From the NCBI RefSeq assembly GCF_018350175.1, contig NC_058374.1, positions 83,328,001 to 83,392,000 on the forward strand: 64,000 nt of DNA. The letters run 5' to 3'. Both the position numbers and the translations under genes were made by a program. A model generated the notes under the pieces. It was not told where the DNA came from and searched no databases. It was given only the letters and a program-made list of their open reading frames with translations. The DNA is from Felis catus. Taxonomy: Eukaryota. Shown piece after piece: positions 1 to 13,445 of the stretch. The stretch's first letter is position 1. Each line of letters begins with the position of its first letter.

Positions 1-1263
1 GAGGGCAGTTATTTCCAAATGTATATATTAACCATTCAGAAGTAAAGAAGAATGGGAGGGAGGGAGGCAGGAGGGGAGGGAAGGGGAGGAGAGAGAGAAA
101 GAGAATCACAGAGAGATCTCTATCCAGCCTTGATATCTGGAGCATTTTCCTGCTGAGCAACAAAGAGACTAGTATATACCTAGGAAGGATGGTTGAGACT
201 GGCAAACTTCTCTTTCTTCATGAAAAGGAGAACAGAAGACAATATGAGAAATCCCAGGAACCACTGAAGCCATTCTGCTCTTTCAGTCTCCTGGTTCCAG
301 GTCTGAGCCCAGAGCTCATGAAAACCCCCCATAAAGAAGCACCTTAGGCCCTACTCCTCTGTCTTTTGGAAACTTATCCCCCTCCTTGTTTTCCCAGGTG
401 CTTACTTCTACAGCTACTTGTCAATGGCTTCCTTCTTTTTCTAGTTCTCAGTAAGACTCTGCCAGATAATTCAGGGAGACAGAGGTCCAAAGTCCAAGAA
501 ATTAGGTGGATTCAGAAGGGACAAAGGACATTTAGGAAAGATCAGAAAAAGAACCACCTTTCCCCATAAACTGCTATGGCTCCCCATTGCACAGAAGACA
601 GACTGCTAGTTCTCTAGCTTGGCCTGTGACTCCCCGTCTCCATTATCTGACTCCATCTCTCCTTTTCAAAGTTTTTCATATACATTACCTCATGGATGCT
701 TTACCACAGCTCCTTGGAGGAGGCATTATTATTCCTACTTTATTGGGAAAGACATTGAATCACTCAGGTATTAGTTACCTAAGGTCATACAGAGTGGAGC
801 CAGATTTTTTTTTACAGGTATCTGGATTCCAATTCCCACACTCCATTGCACCGGAGTGTGTAGGAGTTATGAGCAAAGACCTTGAATGTGGATGAGCAAG
901 ACCCATTCAAAAATGTTCAAGTGATCTGGGGCAAAAGCCAATTCCTTTAAATAGGACATGGGGTATGTAAAAGAATTTTGTAAAATTATGAAGTTCTGTA
1001 CAAAGGTAACTTATTATTAAATAGTTTGTACTTATACGAAGCATGTTTATAGGCTCGTGGTTACATACCATAGAGTGTGACTAAGTAGAATTACCTGCTG
1101 TCTTAGATCCAGATCACTGTTCTTTTCTGTCAGAGTAGATAATTAAGAGCAAATTTTATAACCTGTTAGTGTCTCTCTCTTATTTAGTAGGCTGGTGTCA
1201 TCTTCTCATGGGACTAGTACTTGGAATAAGAGGACATCTAGAGGAAGAGAAATTATATCATTC

Positions 1264-1568
1264 CTCTGTCCCCACATACCCCTTCACCCACTGGGTGGCT
1301 TCAGTGTTGCTCTCTTTGTGACATCTAGGACGACTGCCTCCAGCCTCTCTGACGTCTGGCCTCTCAGCTGCTGGATCCTCTTCTCCTGACACGCAGCCCA
1401 CACCCTCAAGCCTCGCAGGTCATGCTGTCTGGCCAGCAGGTTCCCAAAGCCCAAGTCACACATCACAATTAAGTCACAGTTGTCTTGGAGGTGGCTAACC
1501 CATCGCCTGCCTCTCTTGGTACAGGAGCAGAAGGTGGTGGAGCCAAATGGGGGGAGGGTACTCCTCAT
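1264..1568 (-). pseudogene. Decayed RDH16/SDR9C-type first coding exon
   Basis: Translates [52 protein letters not shown], homologous to RDH16 exon 1. TGxxxGxG has lost its T and first G, there are frameshifts near the start and after VTK, and the splice donor is GA instead of GT (1263-1262). Confidence 0.88.
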
Positions 1569-2814
1569 TCTTCACGAGGAGAAATTCAGACCTCTCCTTT
1601 CCTGGCAAATTTAGAAGAGTTGGCATTCCCCTCCTTATTTCAAAGCCCTCTTGAAATTACACAAGACAGTGGATTACACAAGACTTCTAAGTGGAGTCTC
1701 AATTTGCCCTTGAAATTGTTTACTTGCAGTTTATTTTCACGTCCTAGTTGAAACTTGAAGCCCTGACTATTAAAACACACCCATACACAATTTAAAAAAT
1801 CCTTATACTTCCTGCTCCTCTGCCAGAAATTCCTAAAGCAACATTTTGTTTGTTGTTCCAAGTTTGGCATTACAATTCTCTGTGTCCATTTGTTCTGATC
1901 CAGATGCAGTGTTTATACTTTTGTTGTTCAAGAATGTCTCAAATGATCTGGCCAGGAAATAGTTCAGGGACCAGCCAGCCCCATAATAGTTTGGATTGTG
2001 TTCTCTCCTTTCACCTCCCCTCGCTTTTGGGTTGGGGTTCATTGGAGATCAGAGAGCTTGCTGAGCCTCAGGCATGTCCTATAGAAGAGGAGGTCATGGA
2101 GGGCAGAGGCTCTTCCACCTTCAGGGAAAGAGCCAGAAGACAGGCCCAAGCCAGGCCGGTTAGGAGAGGTTTCAGAAGGTTCATGGAAAAAGAAGCAAGC
2201 CTCATCAGAGCTGCTGGCTAGAAAACCCTGCTGCAAATTGTGTACAGAGATGTACCTGACTTGAAATAAGCAATGACACATTCAAAGAATAGGATTTTAG
2301 AACTTGAAGGACTTGCTCTGCCAGTTGCTCATGGAGTATGTGATTATTCTCTTCGGGCCTCTAGTTTCCTCTCATTAAAACTGGAACCCATGAAGGTTCT
2401 TGTACAGGTTAAAGTGTTTAGAACAGTGCCTGGCATATAGTAATCATTGGGTAAGTGTGCGCCATTGCAGTGTGTGGGGAACCACAGGTGCTTGGATCCC
2501 AACCACCACTCACTAGCTGTGTAATCTTGTGCAAATCACTAACTTTTCTGAAGCTTCCTCCTCTATACAATAGAGGTAACCTCATAGTGCTTGTTATGGA
2601 GATTGAATGAAAATTAAAACACTAAGCACTTAAAACACTTAGTGCTTGGGACTGAGTCCTGTCCAAGAAAGGCTAATTATTTCTATTTCTATTATCTTAT
2701 TGGTACATTTCTCTCATCATCTCTAGTCTTGCTCCTCTTGTATCCCTCCAACCAGGTTCATTCCAACTAATTCCCCAAAGGCAGTAAAAGTGATCTTCTT
2801 TAAAAATAAGTAAC

Positions 2815-3058
2815 CTCAAAACAAATCTATAAGGACACAAAGCACACCAGTGGTTGTCTGGAGCCAGGGCAGAAAGGAGGATGGGTTAACCCCAAAGAGG
2901 CACCAGGGAGATTTTTCTGGATAAGAGAAACGTCCTATATCTTGACTGGTGGTGGTTGCACAGGTATATTCCTAAGTCAAAACTCATCAAACTTTATAGT
3001 TAAAGGGGTGCATTTTGTTTAATATAAATTTTGCTTCAATAACATTGGTTTAAAAAAA
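2815..3058 (+). mobile_element. Old L1M (L1MC/MD-like) 3' end fragment
   Basis: Resembles the L1M 3'UTR (gtcctatatcttgactggtggtggttgcacagg...aaaactcatcaaactttata...cattttgtt) and ends in an A-rich tail. Confidence 0.6.
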
Positions 3059-3109
3059 TGGTAAGCAGCCTCCCTAGTCATTCATTATATTACTACATTT
3101 TCTCTTCTT

Positions 3110-3314
3110 TTTTTTTTTAATGTTTATTTATTTTTGAGAGAGAGAGAGAGACAGCACTAACAGGAGAAGGGCAGAGAGAGAGGGAGACAGAAGATCTGAA
3201 GTGGGCTCCACACTGACAGCAGAGAGCCCAATACAGGGCTCGAACTCACAAGTCCTGAGATCATCACCTGAGCCGAAGCTGGACTCTCAACAGACTGAGC
3301 TACCCAGGGGGACC
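3110..3314 (-). mobile_element. Can-SINE (feline)
   Basis: Reverse complement of the tRNA-derived head (cacccagggggaccc), GA tract and T-rich tail. Confidence 0.9.
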
Positions 3315-3316
3315 CT

Positions 3317-3367
3317 CTTCTTCTTCTTCTTCTTCTTCTTCTTCTTCTTCTTCTTCTTCTTCTTCTT
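3317..3367. repeat. (CTT)n microsatellite, ~17 units
   Basis: Read directly; lies between two tandem SINEs. Confidence 0.97.
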
Positions 3368-3410
3368 TTATTTATTTATTTATTTACTTTGAGAGAGAGA
3401 ATGAGCTGGG

Positions 3411-3468
<58 letters not shown>

Positions 3469-3594
3469 CCCAAGCAGGCTCCACACTGCCAATGTGGAGC
3501 CCGATGTGGGACTTGAACTCATGAACCTCGAGATCATGACTTGAGCTGAAATCAAAAGTTGGACACTTAACCGACTGAGTCACCCAGGTGCTCC
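3368..3594 (-). mobile_element. Can-SINE with internal (GA)n (3417-3466)
   Basis: Head rc cacccaggtgctcc. The 18-bp TSD actacattttctcttctt (3092-3109, 3595-3612) flanks both SINEs together. Confidence 0.9.
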
Positions 3595-3654
3595 ACTACA
3601 TTTTCTCTTCTTAATGGCATTTATTACCATATAAAATTCTCATTCATTTTTTTT

Positions 3655-3689
<35 letters not shown>

Positions 3690-4058
3690 TCTATTGCCCA
3701 ATTCCTCCACCCCATCAAAATATAAACTGCTTGGAGGAAGGACTTGGTCTCGTCCACCACTCTAACTCCAGCATCTAGAACTATGCCTGGAACACAGTAG
3801 GAACACGATAAATTCTTTTTGACAGAATAACTGATTAAAATCCTTCAGTAATTCCGCCTCCAAATTATATACTGATTTTATCCATTCTCATCATCCCCTC
3901 TACTACCACTTTAACCTACGGTACCATTATTTCTTGCTTGGATTATGCAATAGTCCCGTTTCTTCCACCACTGCCCCTCATTTAAGTCTCCACAGAGCCC
4001 GCTTTCAAAATTTAAATCAGATCACATTACTTCCCTACTTAAAATCCAATCAAAACGT

Positions 4059-4266
4059 GGGGCACCTGGGTGGCTCAGTTGGTTAAGCATCCAATTCTTG
4101 ATTTTGGCTCAGATCAAGATCTCGAGGTGAGTTTGAGCCCTGCATCAGGCTCTGCACTGACAGCATGAAACCTGCTTGGGATTCTCTGTCTCCCTCTCTC
4201 TCTCTGTCCCTCCCCTGCTTGTGCTCTCTCTCAAAAATAAATAAATAAACATAAAAAAAAGAAAAA
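4059..4266 (+). mobile_element. Can-SINE
   Basis: ggggcacctgggtggctcag head, CT tract, A tail, short TSD atcaaaac. Confidence 0.9.
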
Positions 4267-4466
4267 TATCAAAACAAAACAAAAACATGTGAAGATAATT
4301 TGATTAAGAGGCTGAATAAGTGAATAAGGAAAAAAAAGCCAATTTAAAACTTCAGGAAGGGGCACCTAGAAAAGGGGTCTTTGCAGAGATAATTAAGTTT
4401 TCATTTTGTTATTTTCAAATTCAGTCAGATGTTGAAGAGGCACAAATTAAAGACATTTTAATTTTA

Positions 4467-4680
4467 GGGGTGCTTGGTGGCTCAGTCGGTTAAGCATCTG
4501 ACTGGCTCAGGCCATGATCTCACCGTTTGTGAGTTCGAGCCCCGCATCCGGTTCTGTGCTGACAGCTCAGAGCCTGGAGCCTGCTTCAGATTCTGTGTCC
4601 CTCTTTCTCTGCCCCTCCCCGGCTGTGCTCTGTCTCTGTCTCAAAAATAAATAAACATTAAAAAAAATAAATAATTAAAA
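4467..4680 (+). mobile_element. Can-SINE (feline)
   Basis: Typical head, body and tail; TSD agacattttaattt. Confidence 0.9.
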
Positions 4681-4964
4681 GAGACATTTTAATTTAAAAA
4701 ATTCACATTTGACCTTTATTACATGACCCTGCCTCAAGATCAAAGAAATCTTTTCAATAGAACTGCACAAATGCTTTGAAGTTCAAGGTGTTTTTTTTTT
4801 TTTTAATTTAGTTTCATGGCTTATTTGACAATGTAACTAATGTCAAAATGTATTCTTCAAAACTATAACTCTACTTTGGGAATCTGAACACCTGAGTTTT
4901 GTCTTGGCCACCATGCTGGGAGGCCTTGGGCAGGTCACTTCTTCTGAGTGTTCAATACTGCTGT

Positions 4965-5135
4965 GGAGCTGGCTGTGGTTCCCAAGTGCCAAAGACATTG
5001 GAATCATTACCTTGTTACAAACACAGATTTCTGGGCCCCATCCCAAGCTACTAAATCAGATTTTCTAACATTGAGGCCAGGAGTCTGTAGTTTTAATTAA
5101 CCAGGTGATTACAATGTACAGTTTGGGAACTACTG
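4965..5135. mobile_element. MER5A-like hAT-Charlie MITE
   Basis: acagatttctgggccccatcccaagctactaaatcaga...gtttgggaactactg resembles MER5. Confidence 0.6.
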
Positions 5136-5185
5136 AATTAGATGACCTCTCAGGTTCCTCATAGTTCTAAAAATTTGATTTTCTG

Positions 5186-5370
5186 GGGGCGCCTGGGTGG
5201 TGGGTTGAGCATCCAACTCTTGATTTTGGCTCAGGTCATGATTCCAGGGTAGTGGGATAGTGCCCTGCACTGGGCTCTGTGCTGAGCATGGAGCTTCTTG
5301 TGATTCTCTCTTTCTATCTCTCTGCCTCTTCCCCATTCACACTCACGTACTCTCTATAAAAAAAATAATA
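5186..5370 (+). mobile_element. Can-SINE (older type)
   Basis: gggcgcctgggtgg head, A tail, TSD attttctgg. Confidence 0.85.
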
Positions 5371-6134
5371 ATTTTCTGGTTTCTGTTTCTTCTATCACTG
5401 GTTGTCCCATCTCTGCTACTAGATATTGTGCTAAAACACAAAGCCACAAAACAAACAATAAAAAACCAAGACCATGATTTAATCATCTCTACATCCTTCC
5501 GGCACCTACATAGTGCCTGGTATCTATCTTATAGGCATACAATAAATATTTGAAAAATTAACCAATGATGATTAAATAAATGAATGTTATTTTATGTGAA
5601 TCCCAATCACCGATGAACAGATAAATTTATATAGAGAGAAAATATAAACTTTTACCTGATATGATCTTGCACTCCCTGTCTGCCCTAGTACATACTTCAA
5701 ATAATGGGTTGTGGGAATGAAGCTAATGCATATTGAGAGATCAATAGGAAAGTGGTTGAGGTGCTTCCATGAGCTTGATTATCCTGCAATATTTCGCAGT
5801 GGTGGTGATAACTGAGAGAGTCTCATGATTCCGCAGGAGCTTGTTTTCCTCCCCTTGATATTTCCAGGTCCAGAAAAAGCCATATCCTTAATGGGTGACA
5901 GATGTTCTTGGGGCCATGCTTCAGGTCTTTGCACCTGCAGCTTTCTGTGGGGCCCCAGTGAGTGGGAAGAGGCACTTGTCTTCTGCTAGAAGTTATCCAA
6001 TATTTCCCTGGCAGTGGGTGTCAGCCAAGCAAAGTGAACCCCGATTGCCTAACACCACCACTTGTGACCCTGCAGTTCCTTCTGCCATACCCCTCCCTCC
6101 TCCACACTCCACTAACCACCTGGACTTCCCCAGC

Positions 6135-6352
6135 TCAGACACTGTCTGCTGGCCTGGGAAGGTACCGGCTCAGGATGAAATCTGTCACAGGAGTGGGCAA
6201 TTTAGCCAATGGCACGTAGAGGAGTTTGGCATCCAGGCCAGGGTTGTAGCGGATACGGGGGCTCCGGGAAACAATGGCGTGCTCCATGCTGTCGGTGACT
6301 TCTCTGATCCTTGGCTCTGCCAACTGCATCATGTTTTTTAACTTCTCAGTAT
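6135..6352 (-). CDS. SDR9C7: SDR9C7 exon 4 (218 nt, includes stop)
   Basis: AG at 6354-6353; (Y)[71 protein letters not shown]. Exons sum 301+259+164+218=942 nt = 313 aa + stop. Confidence 0.96.
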
Positions 6353-6914
6353 CTGAGGGTACAAGAGGGGGCAGAAATCAAAGGCTCTGTTGCTCTTCAC
6401 AAAAGATGGTTTCTTCTGAATTCTATCCAAGCTTCCTTTCCATCAGATCCAACATTTCAGGCAGATCTACCACACCCTCCAGGTTGTCCCTTACATGAAC
6501 ACCCTGTAAATAATCCTATTTCTCTTCCTGAATTCAAAAACTGTGTGTTGAATTCCTACTAGCAATCAGAAGAACTGTGCCCAGTTCTGCCACTTACTGG
6601 TTGTGTGACTTTGAGCTGAAACTTCCATCATCTATAAAGTGGGAATAATAATACCTGCTCTAAAGAATAATACAGATGAATAATAGCAGGGTAGACAGTG
6701 AAGTAGGACAGAAAAGAAAGCAAGTGTAGATAAGTGCGTGAGAAAAATTGGAAGAAAATAAGTAAAATTACTCTCTGGCTTGTGGGATTCCTAGTCACTG
6801 GAGGCTTTTTTTGTTTTGTTTTGTTTTGTTTTGTTTTCTCCTACACAGGTCTCAGAGTTACCATATTTTCTACAAAGTCATGCAAGAAAGAAAATGTTAT
6901 TAAATAGTAACGCT

Positions 6915-7012
6915 GGGATGACTGGCTGGCACAGCTGGTGGAACACACAACTTTTGATCTTGGGGTTGTAAGTTCAAACTCCACATTAGTTGTGGAGAGT
7001 ACTTAAAAAAAA
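6915..7012 (+). mobile_element. Short tRNA-head-only carnivore SINE
   Basis: ggctggcacagctggtggaacacacaacttttgatcttggggttgtaagttcaaactcc followed by an A tail. Confidence 0.75.
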
Positions 7013-7876
7013 TTGTAACACTGCCCTTGCCTTGGTCATTAGGCCATTATGGGGCTCAAATGATCTAAGGCACAGGTAGATACATTGTAAGTCTCTAACA
7101 AATGTGAGGGGCTGTTCTGTTAGCATTGCGTACATGGGTATGAAGATGGGTGTGAGGCATCTGAGTGGTCCAAGTCTGCCAAGGCTCACAACACAAATAG
7201 ACAAACCTCATGGTACACTTACCGGCCCTGATGTACAACTTTGCCCCAGGACTCTGGGATGGGGGCGGGTCACTGGGACTCATACTTCAACGAGAGCCCC
7301 AAGAACTCCAGAAGGAAATGGTGCCTGAGAGTCAGGCATCCCAATAAGGGATTAAAACTTGAAAACAAAAGGAGAAATAGCTGGTCCAAATTTGGGGATG
7401 GTCTAGGGAGACAGAGAATTCACCTCTCCATGCAAGAATGTGGTGAGCAGTTGATGAGGGTGGGACAGTGTGGTTTAAGTACCCTCACCTCCAACTCCAA
7501 TGAACCCCCTTTGTGTTTCCTAGAGAGAAAACTACTATAGTGAAGCAGCTGTGCTCTTAATTAACTTCTCTGTACTCATGTCAGTACATTTTCACCTGTG
7601 CACCTGCCTAATAATATGTCAGGAGGCAGGTGCCAGGAGTGGGGAACGTCCCTGGGCAGCATCTCCCCTACCACCACTCTCCCCGCAAAGGCTATTGTTC
7701 TGAGCAGTTGTGCCCTTGGCTTCTATTCTCAAATCCCAGCCTGCCACTAGTTGTGTGACTTTGGGTCCTTAACCCCTCTGAGCCTCCATCCCATTATCTG
7801 TGAAATGAAACGAGTCAGTGATCCCCAAGATCTCGCTGTTCCTCTCAGAGACTCGTCTCCCTCCCAGAGAACTCAC

Positions 7877-8040
7877 AGATGTGGAAGTAGTCCTCTCCGT
7901 AGCTGTCCCGGGTCTCCTGAGGCAACCGCTCCCACAGCTTTCGCATGCGGGAAACCATGCCTTCCTTGCCCAGGATGGATGTTCGATAGTTCCCTGGCTC
8001 AATGATGCTGACTTTCACCCCAAAGTAGTGGAGCTCACGC
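7877..8040 (-). CDS. SDR9C7: SDR9C7 exon 3 (164 nt; not in the ORF track)
   Basis: AG 8042-8041, GT 7876-7875; [54 protein letters not shown]. Confidence 0.96.
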
Positions 8041-8709
8041 CTGGGAAAGAAGAGTTGGACTCAGTCTGGGGCACTACGATGACAAAAGATCATCAGGCAC
8101 AGTCACTTCTGATCCCTCTACAGGGGCTTATTTCCCCGGAAACCTGGAGGTGCTTCCCTCCACCCCTGTGCCAGGCCAGGCATTGCCTTCATGCAAATCA
8201 GGGCCTCAGCCCTTGCCCAAGCAGTTTGCATTAGCAAACCCAGCAGGAAGGAAGTCAACAGAGAAATCTAGACCAAAGCCCTGCCTCCTACCAGGTTCAC
8301 CCACTCAGCCTCATACTCAACACCCACGTGGCAAAGGAGTGAGGGGGTCTGGGTAAGGCTTGAATCCTCCTTTGAGAGTCTCCCATGAGCATATCTGCCT
8401 CCAGGCCTCTCTGTCTGCATCAAATACTCTCCTTTCTACCCTCATAGGCCCAAACATAGTTTTACTTACTTTGAGACAGCTGAAGGGAATACAGGAAGAC
8501 AGCCTCCTATCACCACCCTACCTCTTCTCCTCATCCCTTCTCCTGGTCCTTGGGGAAGGCTCCCTGAGGACTAGCCCTCTTCCTGCTACTGTGTTAGCTC
8601 CCTCCCTCCAGAACTGCCTTGCCCACATGCTGCCCTCCCCAGCTCTCTCTTCCTGAGGTGAAATCCCCAGGACTCCGACCCAGAGTGGTTTGGCACCAGG
8701 GCCCAGTCA

Positions 8710-9027
<318 letters not shown>

Positions 9028-10611
9028 TCATCAGTGTCCACCACCCACCAGCCCAGGGCTTCTGAGGATGGTCGAGCAGGTGCACAAGGCACAAGAAGGC
9101 AGGCTGGTGGCATGTGATGGGGAGCTATGACAGCCCAAAGGAAGATATGCCTTTTACTAATTAGTTTTCCCCAAAGGGGCACTTTTTATGATTCACACAG
9201 ACTGTCACTGTGCTAGCTGGGGCCCTGTACCAGCTACAGTCCAGGCTTTAGCTAATAGCACCTAAGCTATTAGCTCTGGGAAGAGAGAGATAATTTTCAT
9301 ACCAATGAATTAATGGTTGAAGTCTTGCCCTTATCATGCTTCCCCCTCTCTATCCACCTAAGTGTAAGAAACCGACTCCATTTCACACATTATTAAAATG
9401 AGTTCATCCATTCACACATTCATCCATTTATCTACTCATATATCTATTCTCTGTCAGTTACAGAGGAAGGTGCTAGGGATGTAAAATGAACAAGATAGAT
9501 CTTGTCCCTCAAGGAGCTCACAAACCAGAGAGGAAATAAATAATATTCATAAATGTGTAACACATTTAAATAAAACAATCATGAAAAAAATGTAATAAGG
9601 GCTCTCTTTCAAATATTTAATTTGAGTTGAGTTGGTACAAATGGAGAGAAATAATGCTAAGTATTGTCATTCAACTCTGCAGGAACCCACACCTGAAGAT
9701 CCTTAAGTTCCAGTTCCATTTCTACCTTCAGCCTTGGACAAGTCACTTCCTCTCTCTGGGCCTCAGGTCCTTTATCAACTGGCCAGGACAGTTGCTTCCA
9801 GCCTGGGGTTTGCAATCCTGAGACCCTTCCAGGCTGAACCCCAGAACCGGCTCAGGAGATGCAGAGGAGGCTCAACTTCCATTTGTTTTACATGTCAAGC
9901 TTCCAAGTGAAATTCCACTTGGAGGAGGAGGTTTGATTCTAAAAACACATTGGAAAAGTCCTTAAAATGATTCCTAAGGACACCTTCCACCTTGACACCT
10001 TTGGTATCAAAGATTCCAAAAACCCCACTGCTCAGGTGCCTTGCCTTCCCTTCCCCTCCCCTCATCCTCCCAGCCCACCTTGACTCCTGCAGCCCCAAGA
10101 TACTCCTCCCAGCACAACTGCACTCTCTTCCAATAACTTGTCAGGATGTAAACACCACTCTTGGTCCACCCTCCTCCTATGCCTGGGGTCCACACACAAG
10201 CCATGTCCCTACTGTATCTTCCTGCCTTCCCTCAATTAACAAGACCCCAGGAGACCAGTTGGCTGGCAGGACTCAAACCTCCCCAGCCAGAGGAGGCTCT
10301 CTTGTCTTACAGAGGAGGAAATGAGGCTCCTGAGACCCAAAGACTATAAAACCCAGGTGCTGTCCATGGAAAAGGGACACACACTCTCCACTACCTGTGA
10401 TCATCCTGGTAGACAGCTCTGCCTGCTGGCAAACCAGGAAAGCCTTCATTTTTTTTTTTTTTCCTGTAAAGAGCAACTAGAGAACCATCAGAGCAGTGTG
10501 AATAGCTTTAGGGCTGTGCCAGGGACTCTCAGGGGCCACAGAAAGTATGCCAAAACCCCTGCCCCCCATCCCACCGCTTTCCTAGTACTTCTTAGACCAA
10601 GAATGTTGCCC

Positions 10612-11127
10612 AATGGAGTAGGCAGAAAATGGCTCCCCAAATAGTCACCGTACAAATCCCTGGAACCTATTAATATGGGGGATTACACGGGAAGAAGGAA
10701 TGAAGATAGCAGATGGAATTCAAATTGCTTATCAACTGACCTTAAAACGGGGTGATTATCCTGGATCAGCCTGCTAAACCCAATATAATCACAGGGATTT
10801 TTTTAAGTGGAAGAAGGAGACGAAAGACAACCAGAGAGACAGAAGTGTGAAAAGGACTTGGCCCCACGTTGTTGGTCTTGAAGATAGAGGAAGAGGGTCA
10901 TGAGCTAAGAAATGCAGGCAACCTCTAGAAGCTGGGAGAGGCAATGAAATGAATCCTCTCCTAGAGCCTCCAGAATGAACACTGCTCTGTTGATACCTTG
11001 ATTTTAGCTCAGTGAGACCCGTTTTGGACTTCTGACCTCCAGAACTTTAAGATAATAAATTTGTGTTGTTTTAAGCCACTACATTTTTGTGTTAATTTGT
11101 TAGAACAGCAACAGGAAACTAATATAC
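10612..11127 (+). mobile_element. MLT1D-like MaLR solo LTR in SDR9C7 intron 1
   Basis: gtaggcagaaaatggctcccc start, agcctccagaa..gataccttgattttagctcagtgagaccc, aataaatttgtgttgttttaagccact, ending aggaaactaata; typical MLT1 layout. Confidence 0.85.
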
Positions 11128-11209
11128 CCAGTGACTCATTAACACAAGTGGCTCACAGCTAAATGTAGGGCAAGGCAGCCTATTGAGAAAAGAGACTGAC
11201 TCTCGCTGA

Positions 11210-11430
11210 ATTATTCATTAATTAGTTCATTCAACAAAAATTTATTGAGCACCGTACTAGATGCCAGACACTATTCTGTACTAAGGATCTATAAAAGAAA
11301 AGAGGCAAAAAGCCCTGCCCCCCGCCCCATCCTAGGAACCTTTATTCTAGCAGGGGAAACAAACAATGAATAAGAAAAATAAGTAAAATATATGCAATAT
11401 TAGATAGTGGTAAATGCTAAGGAGAAAAAT
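11210..11430 (-). mobile_element. L2 3' end fragment
   Basis: ttcattcaacaaaaatttattgagcacc...ccagacactattct is the reverse L2 tail. Confidence 0.7.
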
Positions 11431-12175
11431 CAAGCAGAGAGTTACTGTTTGGCCCCTCCTGGGCCCCAGGGCTCTCCGGCCCCCAGACCAGTTCCCTTAG
11501 GAGCCAGGACTTCCTCCAGGCTGCTGTTCCACAACAGAGCCAGCCTGTTTCTCCTGCTCCTGTGCCCATGCCCTGCATGCAGGAAGCTTCCCGGGCAGGT
11601 TTGCATGTAGTCCTGGGCCAGCCCAGCCAGCCCACGGCCTCCTTTCCCAATAGGAGCGGTCACTCTGATGTCATCACTTACCTTGAGGTCAACCCAATAC
11701 CCACCATGATGTGAAGGAAGAGGACAGATCTCTGTCTCCCCTGCCTTCCAGTTTGACACAATCAAGGAGAGCAAATGTCCCTGCTCAGGGAGTCCAACCT
11801 CCTGTCCCCTCTTCCCTCTCCCCAGCCCACTCCCAGTAAGAAAGGTGCTCACAGTTCAGTTGGAACTGATGGTTAGGACTACCTAAGTCCCAGAGAGGCA
11901 ACTCCCATCTTTAGAGGTTTGGACATACAGAACAAGTCTTCCCTCTCCCACATCCTCTGGCAACCTTCCCCCATCCCTCTGAGTCTCTAGCAGAAAAAAA
12001 CTTCCTTGGGAAATCACCCCTTTTGTGTGAACAGACCAAACTAAGCAACAGTTTCCAAACCCACTGAGCCAAAGCCCCAGCCCCTTTCTCTACATCACCT
12101 CTCCTACTACATCTGAACAACACTGTCCCTGATCACTGTCAGCTGCCTAGAGGAGAAAGACAGAAGAATAAACTA

Positions 12176-12844
<669 letters not shown>

Positions 12845-13214
12845 TCACCTGGGTGGTCTGAGCAGGCCAGGTGAGAAAGGAGGACTCAGCCCAGAGAGCA
12901 TCCCTGGAAATCTCCCACCTCTGGCCCAGGGATCAAAATCATCTGTTATGAGTTCAGACATGTAAATAAACTTAATTTTTATTTTCAGGCAAAAAAATTA
13001 AGACAAATTCATTAATGTAAAACAAACAGAATTGGCTTTGTGCCCCCCAAGTCCCAAAAGAAATGAGTTTCAAGTTACTGGTTCTTTGCAATTCTCTGTC
13101 CTTAGGTGAATCTCCATTATGAGAGATTAAGAAAAACAAAAGGTTTTCCCCAGGGTGGATGTGACTCCACCGAGGCTAGAGGCAGCAGAACCCTTCTGCA
13201 GGAAGGCTGCTTTT

Positions 13215-13445
13215 TTTCTTTTTAATTTCTTTTTTTTTTTTTTTTAATTCAAGTTAGTTAACAGACAGTGTAGTATTGGTTTCCAGAGTAGAACCCAATG
13301 ATTCATCATTTACATATAACACCCAGTGCTCATCTCAACAAATGCCCTCCTTAATGCCCATCACCCATCTAGCCCATCCCCCCCCCCCCCACCACCAGCC
13401 CTCCAGCAACCCTCAACTTGTTCTCTATTTAAGAGTCTCTTATGG
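13215..13445 (-). mobile_element. 5'-truncated carnivore L1 3' end
   Basis: Poly-T followed by tagtattggtttccagagtagaacccaatgattcatcatttacatataacacccagtgctcatc...aagagtctcttatgg. Confidence 0.85.

Noticed and set aside
6915-7012. tRNA-like sequences (also ~30025-30100 and 57047-57150)
   Set aside because: Degenerate tRNA-derived SINE heads with A tails, not functional tRNA genes.
10354-10370. REST/RE1-like GGTGCTGTCCATGG in SDR9C7 intron 1; also AGCACCATGGCACAG near 59483
   Set aside because: Half-site or gapped matches only; no canonical RE1 found near TAC3.
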